Assembly (NCBI GenBank): GCA_013214445.1
Contig: JABSPG010000006.1
Span: 1 to 44,331, forward strand
Length of the DNA: 44,331 nt
From: Ekhidna sp.
GTDB lineage: Bacteria; Bacteroidota; Bacteroidia; Cytophagales; Cyclobacteriaceae
Reading direction: 5' to 3'
The position numbers and the translations under genes were made by a program. Under the pieces are notes generated by a model. That model ran no database searches and had not been told where the DNA came from. It worked only from the letters and a program-made list of their open reading frames with translations. Positions 35,241 to 44,331 of the stretch are shown here, piece by piece (position 1 is the first letter of the stretch; every line of letters starts with the position of its first letter).

Positions 35241-38200
35241 ATGACGGGAGGACCAAAAAGGGAGGACCTTACTAAGTTAAGGGACCTGTACTCACCTGAC
35301 ATGGACATTGACTCGTTCGAGTCTCAGATGTCTTCTTCTGATGTATTCAAGAGGAAGGCACTCAGGTTTGCACAACAGAATGATCAGGAATTGTTCGATG
35401 CGATCATCAACCCTAATAAAAAAAAAGTGGTTTCGGGGCCACAGGAGGATGGGTTGGAGAGCTCTACAGAAGGGTCTCCATCTGCTACAGGATCCTCACA
35501 AGAGGGAGATAAGGCGATCAAGCCATGGCGCGGTTCATTCAAACCAAATGAGAATCAAGTTGATAGAGGATCGGAGGCGTTAAGGGATGTTAACTCCGCG
35601 ATTCAGTTTGGTTTCATTCCACCATCTGTTGAAAGACTTAAGCAGGAGAAGGAGTCCGACCAGCTGGACAGGAGACTACAGCTGGGCATTGCTTCTCCGT
35701 CACAGCAGAGGGAATATAACGAAGAAATGAAGGCCGCCTCAGATAATAGGAGGTCTAAGATTGAGGCTGGTTTAAGGGAATCATACAACTCTGACTTCAG
35801 TGTGAGCAGCAACCCTGATGGGGTTAGCATGGAGTACAATTACTCATACAATAACATCGACGGCAAGGAGGTCTTTAACAGGGTGGTTCCATTGTCCATA
35901 GATAAAGATCAGAGTGCTGACCAACTTTACACCTTCTTAGGGCCTAAACTACAAGAGATCATAGCCTTGGAGACCTATGGGTATAACGACCGCATTGATT
36001 CCGATCCTGCGTTCAAGGAGCAACAGCGGCAGTTACTGGATCTTATTGGCAAGGAAATAACCTTCACCTCTGACGAATCACCATTTGTTACCGCAGGTGG
36101 TGGGGCTGGTGCGGAGACAGTAGTGGAGCGCCGAGAGTACACTCGTGAAGACTACTTCGAGGATATTAATGAGTTAAGAGAGAAGAAAAGGAGTGAGTTC
36201 TATTCTGAGTGGTCACAAGGGATTAAATCACAGATTCTGCAGGCATTCCCAGGGTTAACAGAGGAGGAGTTGAAGTCAATAGACACCAGCCTTTACACTG
36301 AGTACGGTGTCGATCTTGACCTTGATAACGATGGGATGTACAACGTCAAGTCATGGAGTGAGGATGCAATGACATCCCTGGGGATAGGGTTGACCAATGT
36401 ATCACACTCCCTCAGCTATATACCTACCTACCTCAAGGCGGAGTTCGCTAAATTGGTGTCTGGTTATGATGAGAGTGTTGTTAAGATTGCTGAGAAGAGC
36501 AAGTCGAACGCCCGAAGGAATAAGAGGATGGATAGCGAGAGGTTGGACGCAAGGAGGACAAAGTTCACTAAGGACCTATCAGAGGCCCTTGAGTCGGGTG
36601 ACGCAGAGTTATTCGGTAGACAACTACTAAACACCACCGCTGAGACAGCCCCTATCATACTAGAGACAACGGCTGTGACAATCTTATCTGGCGGGACTGC
36701 AGCACCATACCTTGCTGCTGGCCTTATAGGAACACAGACAGGGATAGGTACCTACATGGATATTGCGGATGACCCAGAGCTCAGTGATGCGGCTAAGCTA
36801 GGTATAGCTATAACTTCTGGAGCAGCTGAAGGTGCGTTTGCTTTTGTTGGGGGGAAGATCACCTCTAAGGCAATGATGAACCAGATAGCTAGGGACGCTG
36901 TAGATGGGGATGCCGTAGCCAAGAACAGGCTTAAGGATTTCGTGAAAGGACAATTGATTACGAACGGTCTTGAACCAATGATGGCTGAAGGGTCTGAGGA
37001 GTTTATGGTTGAGTTCACTAACTCCATTGCTGAGGACATCGCTTACGGAAGAGATGTTGATTTTGACGCAGCCCTTAGTAGGGGTAAGACAGCCTTCATA
37101 GCTGGGGCTGGTGCTGGTAAGGCATTCAATACTGCGGGTAGTGTATCTGGTAGGGTCATGGGTGCTGTTAATAGTAGGTTCACCTCTGCGGACCTTTCCA
37201 TGCAGCTAGGTATTGACGCGGAGATTGAGTCAGCAATAAACTCTATCCAAGGGGTCAAGGATCCAGAGCTGATCACCGTGCTATCTAATAGGGTTCAAAG
37301 GCTGCAAGAGCTAAAGAATGAATCAAGGGGTGAGCAAAGGGCTTACTTCGAGGCGATGATGGTTCGTCAACCTGAGGCATTCAATGACCTCATGGATGCA
37401 AACACAAGGGTTAGTGTGCTTACAGAGGCTTACGCCAAGGCTGACGAGTCATCAAAAGAATTGATTAGCAAGGAGATTGATGCTGAGATGGTAAGGATAG
37501 AGGGGGCGCACGCGATGATGTCTGACACCTCATCTGAGCTCACTATCGATGAGAGAAACCAGCTAGCTGACATGAGGGTTTCCTCTATTCGTGACGGTGC
37601 CTCTAGGATGCAGTCTGTTGCGGAGGCTAGGCTGAGGCAATTAAAGGATGATGGCGCTGGTGCCCACGAGGTATCCAAGGCCCAGGCAGAGGTCAAGGCA
37701 ATCAGTGAGAGCGTGAGTGCCCTCACTGAACTACAAGAGAAGAGCAGGCTCACTGATGGTTATTTATCGGAGGTGATGGCGGCCCATGAGGCTGGAATCA
37801 TGACCGACAAGGAACTGCAGTTAGCGGTGGACCAGTCCAACTACTTCAACACGTTGATCTCAGACGTGACTGGAGCAGATATTGAGTCCATAAGCAGGAC
37901 TGTTGAGCTACCTAAACCAGGGTCTAGGCTTTTCTCGCAACCTGTGAGCGATATTTTAAGCGTGGCTAACAAGTACAATAGTCAGGCTGGATTACCAGAA
38001 GTCAAGATAAACAGGGTTAAGTCATTAGATCAATCTAAGTCCAAGTCTATTGCTGATGCCTATGATTCATTACTAGATGACAACCTTGACAACCCTGAGG
38101 TGTACTCATCTTATAATGACTTGGTGGTAGAAACGAACTCTCAGTTTGAAGCACTTCAGTCTGAAGGGTATGTTGTTGAGCTGTATAAAGGTGAGGGTGA

Positions 38201-41200
38201 ACCATACGCTAACTCTCAAGAAATGCTTGAAGATTTGAGGGTTAATAAGCATATATATGTTTTCTCAACTAAGGCTGGTTTCGGGGATAATGCTATAACA
38301 ACTGATGACCTGTCTAGGAACCCTATGCTTAAGGACTCTGGGTTTAAAGACTCTAATGGTGAGCCACTCATGAATAACGATGTGTTCAGGGCGGTGCATG
38401 ATATATTTGGTCATGGTAAATTAGGTAACTCATTTGGCCCGATTGGCGAGGAGAACGCATGGGTGACCCACTCACAAATGTATAGTCCGAACGCAAGGAG
38501 AGCTATGACCACAGAGACTAGGGGTCAGAACAGCTGGGTTAATTTCGGGCCTCACTTAAGGAACTCAGACGGGTCGTTACCATCAAAGGGTGATGACAAC
38601 TACATACCCTTATCTCAAAGAAGGTTTGCTGACCAGAAGCTTGACTTGCTTCCTGATGATATGGTGTTTGACATGACTGTTGATTCAGTTGTAAAACCTA
38701 CGAACCCGTTGTCATATATTGATGAGGCTGGGTTCATAAGCCCAACAATGAGGGAGGCCATATACAGGTTGACACCTAAGGGAATAAGGGGTATGCTCCC
38801 TAGGCCAACCATGGATGCCGACCCATTGAGCTTCAAGGAGAAGAACGCTAACCTAAAGGACAGGGCTAGGAGAGAGTTCAGGAAGTTCTTTTACTCTGGT
38901 GGTGGACTAGACATTAAGTCTAGTGAGATCATAAGGGGTAGGGATCGATCAAGGAGGGCATTCGAGAACACTATTAAGTCAGAGGTTCAGGTGTTGAACA
39001 GGCTACTGAAGAAGGCTGGTTACGACGACCAAGCATCCATTGACTTGATACAAGGTACTATCGACGGTACAATCGTTGATGAGAGGCTGACGGGTGTGTC
39101 AGAGGCTGACGCAAGGGCGGAACTAAGGTCCAAGCTAATAAGCCAGTTCGGAGAGAAGGATGGGTCAATCATATTCTACATGAGGGACCGAATTGATTCG
39201 ATGACCGATGACGTGATATCCATACTAGAGACAGTAAAGGGTAATGAGGACCTAGTGCGAAGGATGAGGGAGAACAAGGGTAGTTACCTGAATAGGAGCT
39301 ATAAGGTTTTCTCTGATGAGTCACACAGGGATAGGCTATCCAAGCCTCGTGGTAAGAGGAGCGTCAAGACACAACACCTCTTCGATGACGCAATTGATTA
39401 CGTAATGGAGGAGAATCCAGGGATGTCATTCGATGATGCCCAGGGTATTGTTGAGCAGTACGTTCAAGACGTGGTTGGTAAGGGGCACAGGGGTATGGTC
39501 ATGAGTGGCTCGAGGGTGTACACCTCTAACACGAAAGGAAGGAAAGAGATCGCAGAGCCATTCCGTAAGCTACTAGGAGAGATAAAGGACCCTGTGTTAC
39601 AGTACACACAGACAGTCCTTAAGTTGAACGAGATGAAGACATCCTTGGAGATGCAGCAAGAGCTAGCCAACCACCTGATCGAGGCTGGCCTTGGTAGTGA
39701 GTCAATCACTGAGGACATGAACACCCCGCTGACAGACTCCAAGACGGATAGCTTCGGGATGGAGCCATTGAACGCTATCAACGTGGACCCAGACTTCAGG
39801 GAGGCTTACGAGTCGCTAGACCCTTTGAAGAGCATGCAGGACTACGACATGGCCATAAGGAATTTCATTAGGTTCCAGAGTAACGTCAAGATGTACAAGA
39901 CGGTGCTGTCACCAACAACGACGTTCAGGAACTTAATGTCTGGTATGTTCCTCTCAGCTAACGCTGGTCACCAACCTTTCTCAAGTCACAGCCTCCTTGC
40001 AATTAAGGAGGCATGGGGAGGAAGGAAGACACGCGAGGAACTAAGGGTGATCACAAGGAAGCTGATTGAGTCAGGTGTCATTGGTGACGGAGGTAGGTCT
40101 GGTGAGATGCTAGCAACCATTAACGACGCTGGCCATGACATCAGTAACATTACTGGTGACGCTGGCCCAGGAACAAAATTATTCAACGTAGCGCAGAAGC
40201 TGTACGCCTTCGGTGATGACTTCTACAAGGTGAATGGGTTCATGCTAGAGAAGGACCGACTCATCAAGGAGGGAGGCATGACAGAGGAGCAAGCATGGGA
40301 TCTCGCATCAGAGAGGATCAGGGGTGGTTACCCAACCTACTCTTACCTACCAAAGAACATGCAGGCACTAAGGAGGTTCCCGCTTACTGGTACGTTCGTT
40401 TCATTCCCTTACGAGGTAATGAGGACAACCAAGAACAACCTGAGGTACATGGTAGAGGACTTCCAAGCTGGCAGGAAGAAGATGGGTATGAGGAGGTTAG
40501 CAGGGCTGTTTGTTGCTACCACTGGGCCATCGATTGTCTCAGCAATATCAATGTCGCTACATGGAATAGACGATGAGGAGGAGGCAATGCTAAGGAGAGC
40601 CAAGGCACCATGGGAAAGGAACTCACAGTTGTTAGTACTAAGTAATGAGGATGGCACGGTAACAACCCTTGACCTATCATTCCTTGCCCCATCAGCCACT
40701 TGGCTTAAACCATTCACGGCACTAGCAAGGTCGAGGACAGGACTAAAAGGGGATGACACCGCGTTCGATCGCGCATGGGATGGAGCAAAGGAGCTGTTAG
40801 ACCCTTACACCTCTGTTGACCTTTCCTTTGCTACCTTCAGTAGGCTGGTAAATAATAAGGATGAGTTCGGGAACCCTATATACAACGGGACACCATTCAA
40901 TGAGGACTCTGGGAAAGCAATGAAGGACATGCTGGGTGAGGCAGACAAGGTGTCTGTTTGGCTGGGGAAGAAGGTTGGTCCTGGTGCATTCAATAACTTC
41001 GCAGAGTTCATGAGGGCTAACTCAGTTAGGGAGGACCTTTTTGGTTCAAGGGTAACCAAGTATAAGGAGTACACAAACCAGGAGGCACTACTAGCCCTGT
41101 TCGGTTTCAGGACGTCAGCCATGCCAATACCTAACTCAGTGAGGTACACGATGCATGATGTTGATGCAGCCATAGACAACCAGAAGAGGTTCATGACGAA

Positions 41201-41786
41201 GGCGGTGGATGGTGAGGACCCTGACTACAATGAGATCGTTGATCAGATACAGGACTGGGTTCTACTGAACGAGGAGAGATCAGCCACTGCTAAGGTCATG
41301 TTCGAGAGGGGTACTAGCCTCATGACAAAGTCAGGTGCACCGAGGGCTGAGAAGACACTGTTGTCCGTGTTCGACAAGTCCGACAGGGAGTACCTAGAGA
41401 AGGGGGAGTTAATACCGATTCCACTTCCGTACTCAAGGGAGGAGTCATCAGCGAAGTCAACCCTTAATGTTAGGTTGAGTGGGCTATGGCTGGAACAGCT
41501 AAATAAGTTCCAAGCAGAGATGGAGGAGGCACCAGCCATGACTACGAATAATATCAATAAATTTATAGGATTGATCAGGTCAGACTACCCTGAGTTATTC
41601 AACTCCATCAACAATAAGTACGTCCGAAGGAGGATAGCTAACGAGGTGGTTCAGCAGTACATTGACACTGGTGAGTTCAACTGGGTTGAGGACGAGGAAG
41701 CAATTAGGGCTGACATAGAGAAGAAGACCGTTGATGTCTTCAGGGATGTCTTAAGGGATTACGCTAAACCAACAAAGAGTAGGTAA
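35241..41786 (+). CDS. Large (2181 aa) polyvalent internal virion/ejection protein
   Basis: Contains Gly/Ala hydrophobic helices with EG.EE motifs, an internal FRAVHDIFGH...GEENAW domain, and a helical C-terminal region. Confidence 0.7.
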   Translation: MTGGPKREDLTKLRDLYSPDMDIDSFESQMSSSDVFKRKALRFAQQNDQELFDAIINPNKKKVVSGPQEDGLESSTEGSPSATGSSQEGDKAIKPWRGSFKPNENQVDRGSEALRDVNSAIQFGFIPPSVERLKQEKESDQLDRRLQLGIASPSQQREYNEEMKAASDNRRSKIEAGLRESYNSDFSVSSNPDGVSMEYNYSYNNIDGKEVFNRVVPLSIDKDQSADQLYTFLGPKLQEIIALETYGYNDRIDSDPAFKEQQRQLLDLIGKEITFTSDESPFVTAGGGAGAETVVERREYTREDYFEDINELREKKRSEFYSEWSQGIKSQILQAFPGLTEEELKSIDTSLYTEYGVDLDLDNDGMYNVKSWSEDAMTSLGIGLTNVSHSLSYIPTYLKAEFAKLVSGYDESVVKIAEKSKSNARRNKRMDSERLDARRTKFTKDLSEALESGDAELFGRQLLNTTAETAPIILETTAVTILSGGTAAPYLAAGLIGTQTGIGTYMDIADDPELSDAAKLGIAITSGAAEGAFAFVGGKITSKAMMNQIARDAVDGDAVAKNRLKDFVKGQLITNGLEPMMAEGSEEFMVEFTNSIAEDIAYGRDVDFDAALSRGKTAFIAGAGAGKAFNTAGSVSGRVMGAVNSRFTSADLSMQLGIDAEIESAINSIQGVKDPELITVLSNRVQRLQELKNESRGEQRAYFEAMMVRQPEAFNDLMDANTRVSVLTEAYAKADESSKELISKEIDAEMVRIEGAHAMMSDTSSELTIDERNQLADMRVSSIRDGASRMQSVAEARLRQLKDDGAGAHEVSKAQAEVKAISESVSALTELQEKSRLTDGYLSEVMAAHEAGIMTDKELQLAVDQSNYFNTLISDVTGADIESISRTVELPKPGSRLFSQPVSDILSVANKYNSQAGLPEVKINRVKSLDQSKSKSIADAYDSLLDDNLDNPEVYSSYNDLVVETNSQFEALQSEGYVVELYKGEGEPYANSQEMLEDLRVNKHIYVFSTKAGFGDNAITTDDLSRNPMLKDSGFKDSNGEPLMNNDVFRAVHDIFGHGKLGNSFGPIGEENAWVTHSQMYSPNARRAMTTETRGQNSWVNFGPHLRNSDGSLPSKGDDNYIPLSQRRFADQKLDLLPDDMVFDMTVDSVVKPTNPLSYIDEAGFISPTMREAIYRLTPKGIRGMLPRPTMDADPLSFKEKNANLKDRARREFRKFFYSGGGLDIKSSEIIRGRDRSRRAFENTIKSEVQVLNRLLKKAGYDDQASIDLIQGTIDGTIVDERLTGVSEADARAELRSKLISQFGEKDGSIIFYMRDRIDSMTDDVISILETVKGNEDLVRRMRENKGSYLNRSYKVFSDESHRDRLSKPRGKRSVKTQHLFDDAIDYVMEENPGMSFDDAQGIVEQYVQDVVGKGHRGMVMSGSRVYTSNTKGRKEIAEPFRKLLGEIKDPVLQYTQTVLKLNEMKTSLEMQQELANHLIEAGLGSESITEDMNTPLTDSKTDSFGMEPLNAINVDPDFREAYESLDPLKSMQDYDMAIRNFIRFQSNVKMYKTVLSPTTTFRNLMSGMFLSANAGHQPFSSHSLLAIKEAWGGRKTREELRVITRKLIESGVIGDGGRSGEMLATINDAGHDISNITGDAGPGTKLFNVAQKLYAFGDDFYKVNGFMLEKDRLIKEGGMTEEQAWDLASERIRGGYPTYSYLPKNMQALRRFPLTGTFVSFPYEVMRTTKNNLRYMVEDFQAGRKKMGMRRLAGLFVATTGPSIVSAISMSLHGIDDEEEAMLRRAKAPWERNSQLLVLSNEDGTVTTLDLSFLAPSATWLKPFTALARSRTGLKGDDTAFDRAWDGAKELLDPYTSVDLSFATFSRLVNNKDEFGNPIYNGTPFNEDSGKAMKDMLGEADKVSVWLGKKVGPGAFNNFAEFMRANSVREDLFGSRVTKYKEYTNQEALLALFGFRTSAMPIPNSVRYTMHDVDAAIDNQKRFMTKAVDGEDPDYNEIVDQIQDWVLLNEERSATAKVMFERGTSLMTKSGAPRAEKTLLSVFDKSDREYLEKGELIPIPLPYSREESSAKSTLNVRLSGLWLEQLNKFQAEMEEAPAMTTNNINKFIGLIRSDYPELFNSINNKYVRRRIANEVVQQYIDTGEFNWVEDEEAIRADIEKKTVDVFRDVLRDYAKPTKSR

Positions 41787-42256
41787 TGAGTGAAGGAAAG
41801 AAAAAGTTTAAGGACACCAAGATAGGGGGCTGGATTAGATCCAACGCCCCTAAGGTTCTTGATGTTGTAGGAGATGCGCTTCCAGATAAAGGCGTCTTAG
41901 GTATTGTAAAGAATTTAATTGACTCAGATCCCGACATTAGTCCCGAGCAACGCATGGAATTCATGAGGTTGCTCCAGCAGGAGATGTCTATACTGGATCA
42001 AGAAATCAGTAATAGGTGGGGTAGTGACATGAGCTCTGACTCATGGCTAAGCAAGAACGTACGTCCGTTGACGTTACTGTCTTTGCTTGTGTTCATATAC
42101 GTGATCATCATCTTTGATTCTATTGATCGTGCTGCGTTCAGTGTCGGTGAAGGGTGGATCAGTATGTTGTCATCGATCCTCGGTATCGTGATCGTGGCTT
42201 ACTTTGGTGCAAGAACCTACGAGAAAAAAGGGATAGAGATCGGGAGGAAAAAGTAA
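41786..42256 (+). CDS. Holin (GTA-type 3TM holin family-like)
   Basis: Motifs RW.SDMSSDSWLSKNVRPLTL, TM helices and AYFGARTYEK. Confidence 0.75.
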   Translation: MSEGKKKFKDTKIGGWIRSNAPKVLDVVGDALPDKGVLGIVKNLIDSDPDISPEQRMEFMRLLQQEMSILDQEISNRWGSDMSSDSWLSKNVRPLTLLSLLVFIYVIIIFDSIDRAAFSVGEGWISMLSSILGIVIVAYFGARTYEKKGIEIGRKK

Positions 42257-42312
42257 AGCCCCTGCTAAGTATTACCTCAACAAGGGCTTGGTTACACACC
42301 CCCGTGTGCAAG

Positions 42313-42567
42313 CTATGTCCTAACGAAGTAGTCATTCAACTCATCCATTGAGTCGAAGGTCTTGTACATTGGCTTGTTTGCTGGTGAGCGCTTAGGGTAA
42401 ACACAGTACCTCGCGGGTACATGTTCTCCGTTCATGTCCCAATAATCGGATAATAGTCCCACGTAGCATGGTCCATCCCATCCTGCCTCGAACCCTCCAG
42501 CACTTACCGTGCACATCAGGTTAACGAGGTACATTGGCGGGTACTTCCCTGGCTCTGATATCGTCAT
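42313..42567 (-). CDS. Hypothetical protein
   Basis: 84-aa ORF coupled by an ATGA overlap to the MazG-like gene. Confidence 0.65.
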   Translation of the reverse strand: MTISEPGKYPPMYLVNLMCTVSAGGFEAGWDGPCYVGLLSDYWDMNGEHVPARYCVYPKRSPANKPMYKTFDSMDELNDYFVRT

Positions 42568-42884
42568 GACCAGTCCTCCTCCTTAACGAACACGCCGTTA
42601 ACCATTGACCCCTTGCGGTCCTTGATCTTGTTGTAGGCTTGCCTCAGGCACTCTGATGGCTCGTACCCTAGTTGCTTTGACAGGATGATGGATGTCACGA
42701 ACAGGTCACCCAGTTCCCCTGCTATGTTGTTACCCTCCTTGTTAACCTCAGAGGATACCTCCCCTAGTTCCTCAACCAGTTTCATGAACTGCTTCGGATG
42801 GTTCTCGTACTTAAGTAGGCCCTTCTCTTTGGCCCATTCTACCACGTCACCGCAGTAGTCATCGAATGAAATTAAATTACCCAT
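42564..42884 (-). CDS. mazG: MazG-like nucleotide pyrophosphohydrolase
   Basis: Motifs WAKEKGL...QFMKLVEELGEV...GELGDLFVT...CL.QAYNKIKDRKG.MVNGVFVKE. Confidence 0.85.
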   Translation of the reverse strand: MGNLISFDDYCGDVVEWAKEKGLLKYENHPKQFMKLVEELGEVSSEVNKEGNNIAGELGDLFVTSIILSKQLGYEPSECLRQAYNKIKDRKGSMVNGVFVKEEDWS

Positions 42885-43389
42885 TTGCTTTTATTGTTTC
42901 CCCACTAAGTGGATCCTTGTATTCCATACTGTATTTCATTACCATGTAGGAAGGTATAGACCTTATGTCCCTGTGGACCAGCAACGTGATCACGTCCTCC
43001 CTATCCTTTCGTTGGTACAGCTTTCTGTATGCCTTGGCCTTGGTGGTGTAGACCTTATCAACTACCTCCTTAACTAACTCAACTAGGTCAACCCTCTTCA
43101 CGCAAGCAAAACCTTGTAGCTCAGGCATGTCAAACGCTATCCATTCGGCCTCACCGAACAACCATCCGTTCTCACCCCTCACGTTCTTTATCTCAACCCA
43201 TATCTCATCAAGCATGTTGTCACCCTTGACATCAACACTCGATTCACCAAAGTAGAAATCAATATGTTTGTTTATATCGTCCTCTCTCGAGGATTTAATA
43301 CAACCAGGTTGAGCACGGGTGAACCTCTCTTCTGTGCGCCTACCTTTCTTAAAGGATTGGCCCCAACGTTGTTTAGATACGTTACTCAT
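42877..43389 (-). CDS. PD-(D/E)xK-fold nuclease-like protein
   Basis: Motifs HIDFY...SVDVKG and WVEIKNVRGENGWLFGEAEWIAF. Confidence 0.6.
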   Translation of the reverse strand: MSNVSKQRWGQSFKKGRRTEERFTRAQPGCIKSSREDDINKHIDFYFGESSVDVKGDNMLDEIWVEIKNVRGENGWLFGEAEWIAFDMPELQGFACVKRVDLVELVKEVVDKVYTTKAKAYRKLYQRKDREDVITLLVHRDIRSIPSYMVMKYSMEYKDPLSGETIKANG

Positions 43390-43603
43390 GTATCTGTCTT
43401 ACAGCCTCCCTAATCCCATTACCTTCCTCTGTTATAGACTTCAAGGCTTTGTTTAGTTGCTCACCTACTTGGGATGGGTATATTCTAGGTCTACCTTTGT
43501 CGGTATGTATAGCCTCGTATAGCTCATTAACCACGTCATGCATACGTTGTGTAGCCAAGGAGTACTGCCTAGCTAATTCATTCTCCTGTTCTGTTGTCAT
43601 TGT
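43382..43603 (-). CDS. Hypothetical protein
   Basis: Helical ORF. The likely start is near MTTEQ, overlapping the upstream gene end. Confidence 0.6.
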   Translation of the reverse strand, partial: TMTTEQENELARQYSLATQRMHDVVNELYEAIHTDKGRPRIYPSQVGEQLNKALKSITEEGNGIREAVRQIHE

Positions 43604-44054
43604 ATGTTTTTTTGATCTCGGCGCACGCTTCAATCATTTGTTGTTTGTTCTTCACAATGAATACTAAGGGAAGGTTTTCAGTCCTGTTATTATTAAGCCA
43701 CCATAAAAACAACTTCCATCTTAAAGTAAAGGTGATGTTACTCTTATTGTACCCCTTCACCTCTATATAGAACTCTTTTTCTTTACCCACGAAGTCAGGG
43801 GTATAGGTAATACTATCCACGTACTTACCTGTCTTATCGGTCAGCAATTTACTTTTAGGTGTCATTTTCAGGTACTTGCCCTTATATATGAACCTAGGGA
43901 CCAATGTAATTGATTCAGGCTCGTAATCAAACTTAATCCCATGGTTAGAGAGTTCATTAGCCATCTCTTTTTCTAGTGATGATTTATACTTTCCTAATTC
44001 CCTCCTCTTACCTTTTCTTTTGGGTGTTGATCTATTTAACTTCCTTCTTCTCAT
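43578..44054 (-). CDS. T7 endonuclease I-like / DUF1064-like nuclease (possible Holliday junction resolvase)
   Basis: Motifs YKSSLE...GIKFDYEP...TYTPDF...IEVKG. Confidence 0.75.
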   Translation of the reverse strand: MRRRKLNRSTPKRKGKRRELGKYKSSLEKEMANELSNHGIKFDYEPESITLVPRFIYKGKYLKMTPKSKLLTDKTGKYVDSITYTPDFVGKEKEFYIEVKGYNKSNITFTLRWKLFLWWLNNNRTENLPLVFIVKNKQQMIEACAEIKKTYNDNRTGE

Positions 44055-44060
44055 TACCCT

Positions 44061-44091
44061 CTAAGATAGTAAGGCGAATGAAACTATGCAA
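44061..44091 (-). promoter_or_regulatory. Probable sigma-A promoter
   Basis: Minus strand TTG (44091-44089), 20-nt spacer, TATCTTAG (44068-44061, one mismatch). Confidence 0.5.
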
Positions 44092-44113
44092 GTAATACAC
44101 CTACTATTAGTGC

Positions 44114-44136
44114 AAAAAGAAAGCCCCGAAGGGCTT
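44114..44136 (-). terminator. Rho-independent terminator
   Basis: Minus strand AAGCCC-TTCG-GGGCTT followed by TCTTTTT. Confidence 0.8.
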
Positions 44137-44196
44137 CCACACTGGTTTAAGAACCAATGGTTTTTCGTGGCAATGGATAGCATCCGCACACCACCG

Positions 44197-44331
44197 TCAC
44201 TTTAGTAAGGCGTCAATAGAAGGCTTTAACTCTCGGAATATCTCCCGCTTACACTCTGGAACATCTTCCTCTGTTATTGAATTCCACTTCTCAATAATTC
44301 TAGCGGAGCGTTCTACGTGCCAGTTCTCAAT
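44197..44331 (-). CDS. C-terminal fragment of a gene entering from the right edge (...IENWHVERSARIIEKWNSITEEDVPECKREIFRELKPSIDALLK)
   Basis: Open frame from the window edge to a TGA at 44199-44197, followed by a terminator. Confidence 0.55.
   Translation of the reverse strand: MENWHVERSARIIEKWNSITEEDVPECKREIFRELKPSIDALLK

Noticed and set aside
36305-36335. DLDLDNDG in the 2181-aa protein as a crAss-type virion RNA polymerase DxDxD motif
   Set aside because: It lacks the surrounding double-psi beta-barrel context and lies in an N-terminal low-conservation region.
9253-41786. Stop-codon reassignment, introns or inteins as seen in some crAss-like phages
   Set aside because: TerL, portal, MCP and tail genes are intact in the standard code, all three stop codons terminate genes, and no intein or homing-endonuclease motifs were seen.
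8242-41964. Numerous antisense or alternate-frame ORFs of 60-190 aa inside the structural genes
   Set aside because: They are fully nested in long motif-bearing genes and have Ser/Leu-rich shadow-frame composition.
42257-42310. Bidirectional terminator between the holin and the convergent operon
   Set aside because: Two weak hairpins are present (AAGCCC...GGGCTT and CACAC-CCCC-GTGTG) but with a long loop and no clear U-tract, so it was not called.

Overview
About 44 kb of a tailed phage genome, most likely a crAss-like podovirus lineage infecting Bacteroidota. The host inference rests on TAnnTTTG/TTG sigma-A promoters, AT-rich translation starts without Shine-Dalgarno sites, and a secreted protein with Gln at +1. 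From about 3.4 kb to 42.3 kb the + strand carries small accessory genes and then a morphogenesis module: GroES-like chaperonin, probable TerS, TerL, portal, tail fibres, DUF5675-type lysin, scaffold, major capsid protein, decoration proteins, tail ring proteins, a split tail stabilisation protein, three probable ejected cargo proteins (one of 2181 aa) and a holin. Minus-strand genes lie at both ends (MazG-like protein, two PD-(D/E)xK nucleases, small accessory ORFs). A mostly non-coding region of about 1.9 kb separates the divergent arms. The most unusual features are non-coding and sit at two AT-rich accessory loci (1-620 and 24740-25500). They include integron attC-like hairpin sites that delimit gene cassettes, with ORFs starting inside a hairpin loop and in one case reading through the arm into the next cassette. 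There are also three copies of a D-armless tRNA-like element and a roughly 600-nt highly structured candidate ncRNA. No integrase is visible in the window. All protein family assignments come from recognising motifs by eye, not from database searches.
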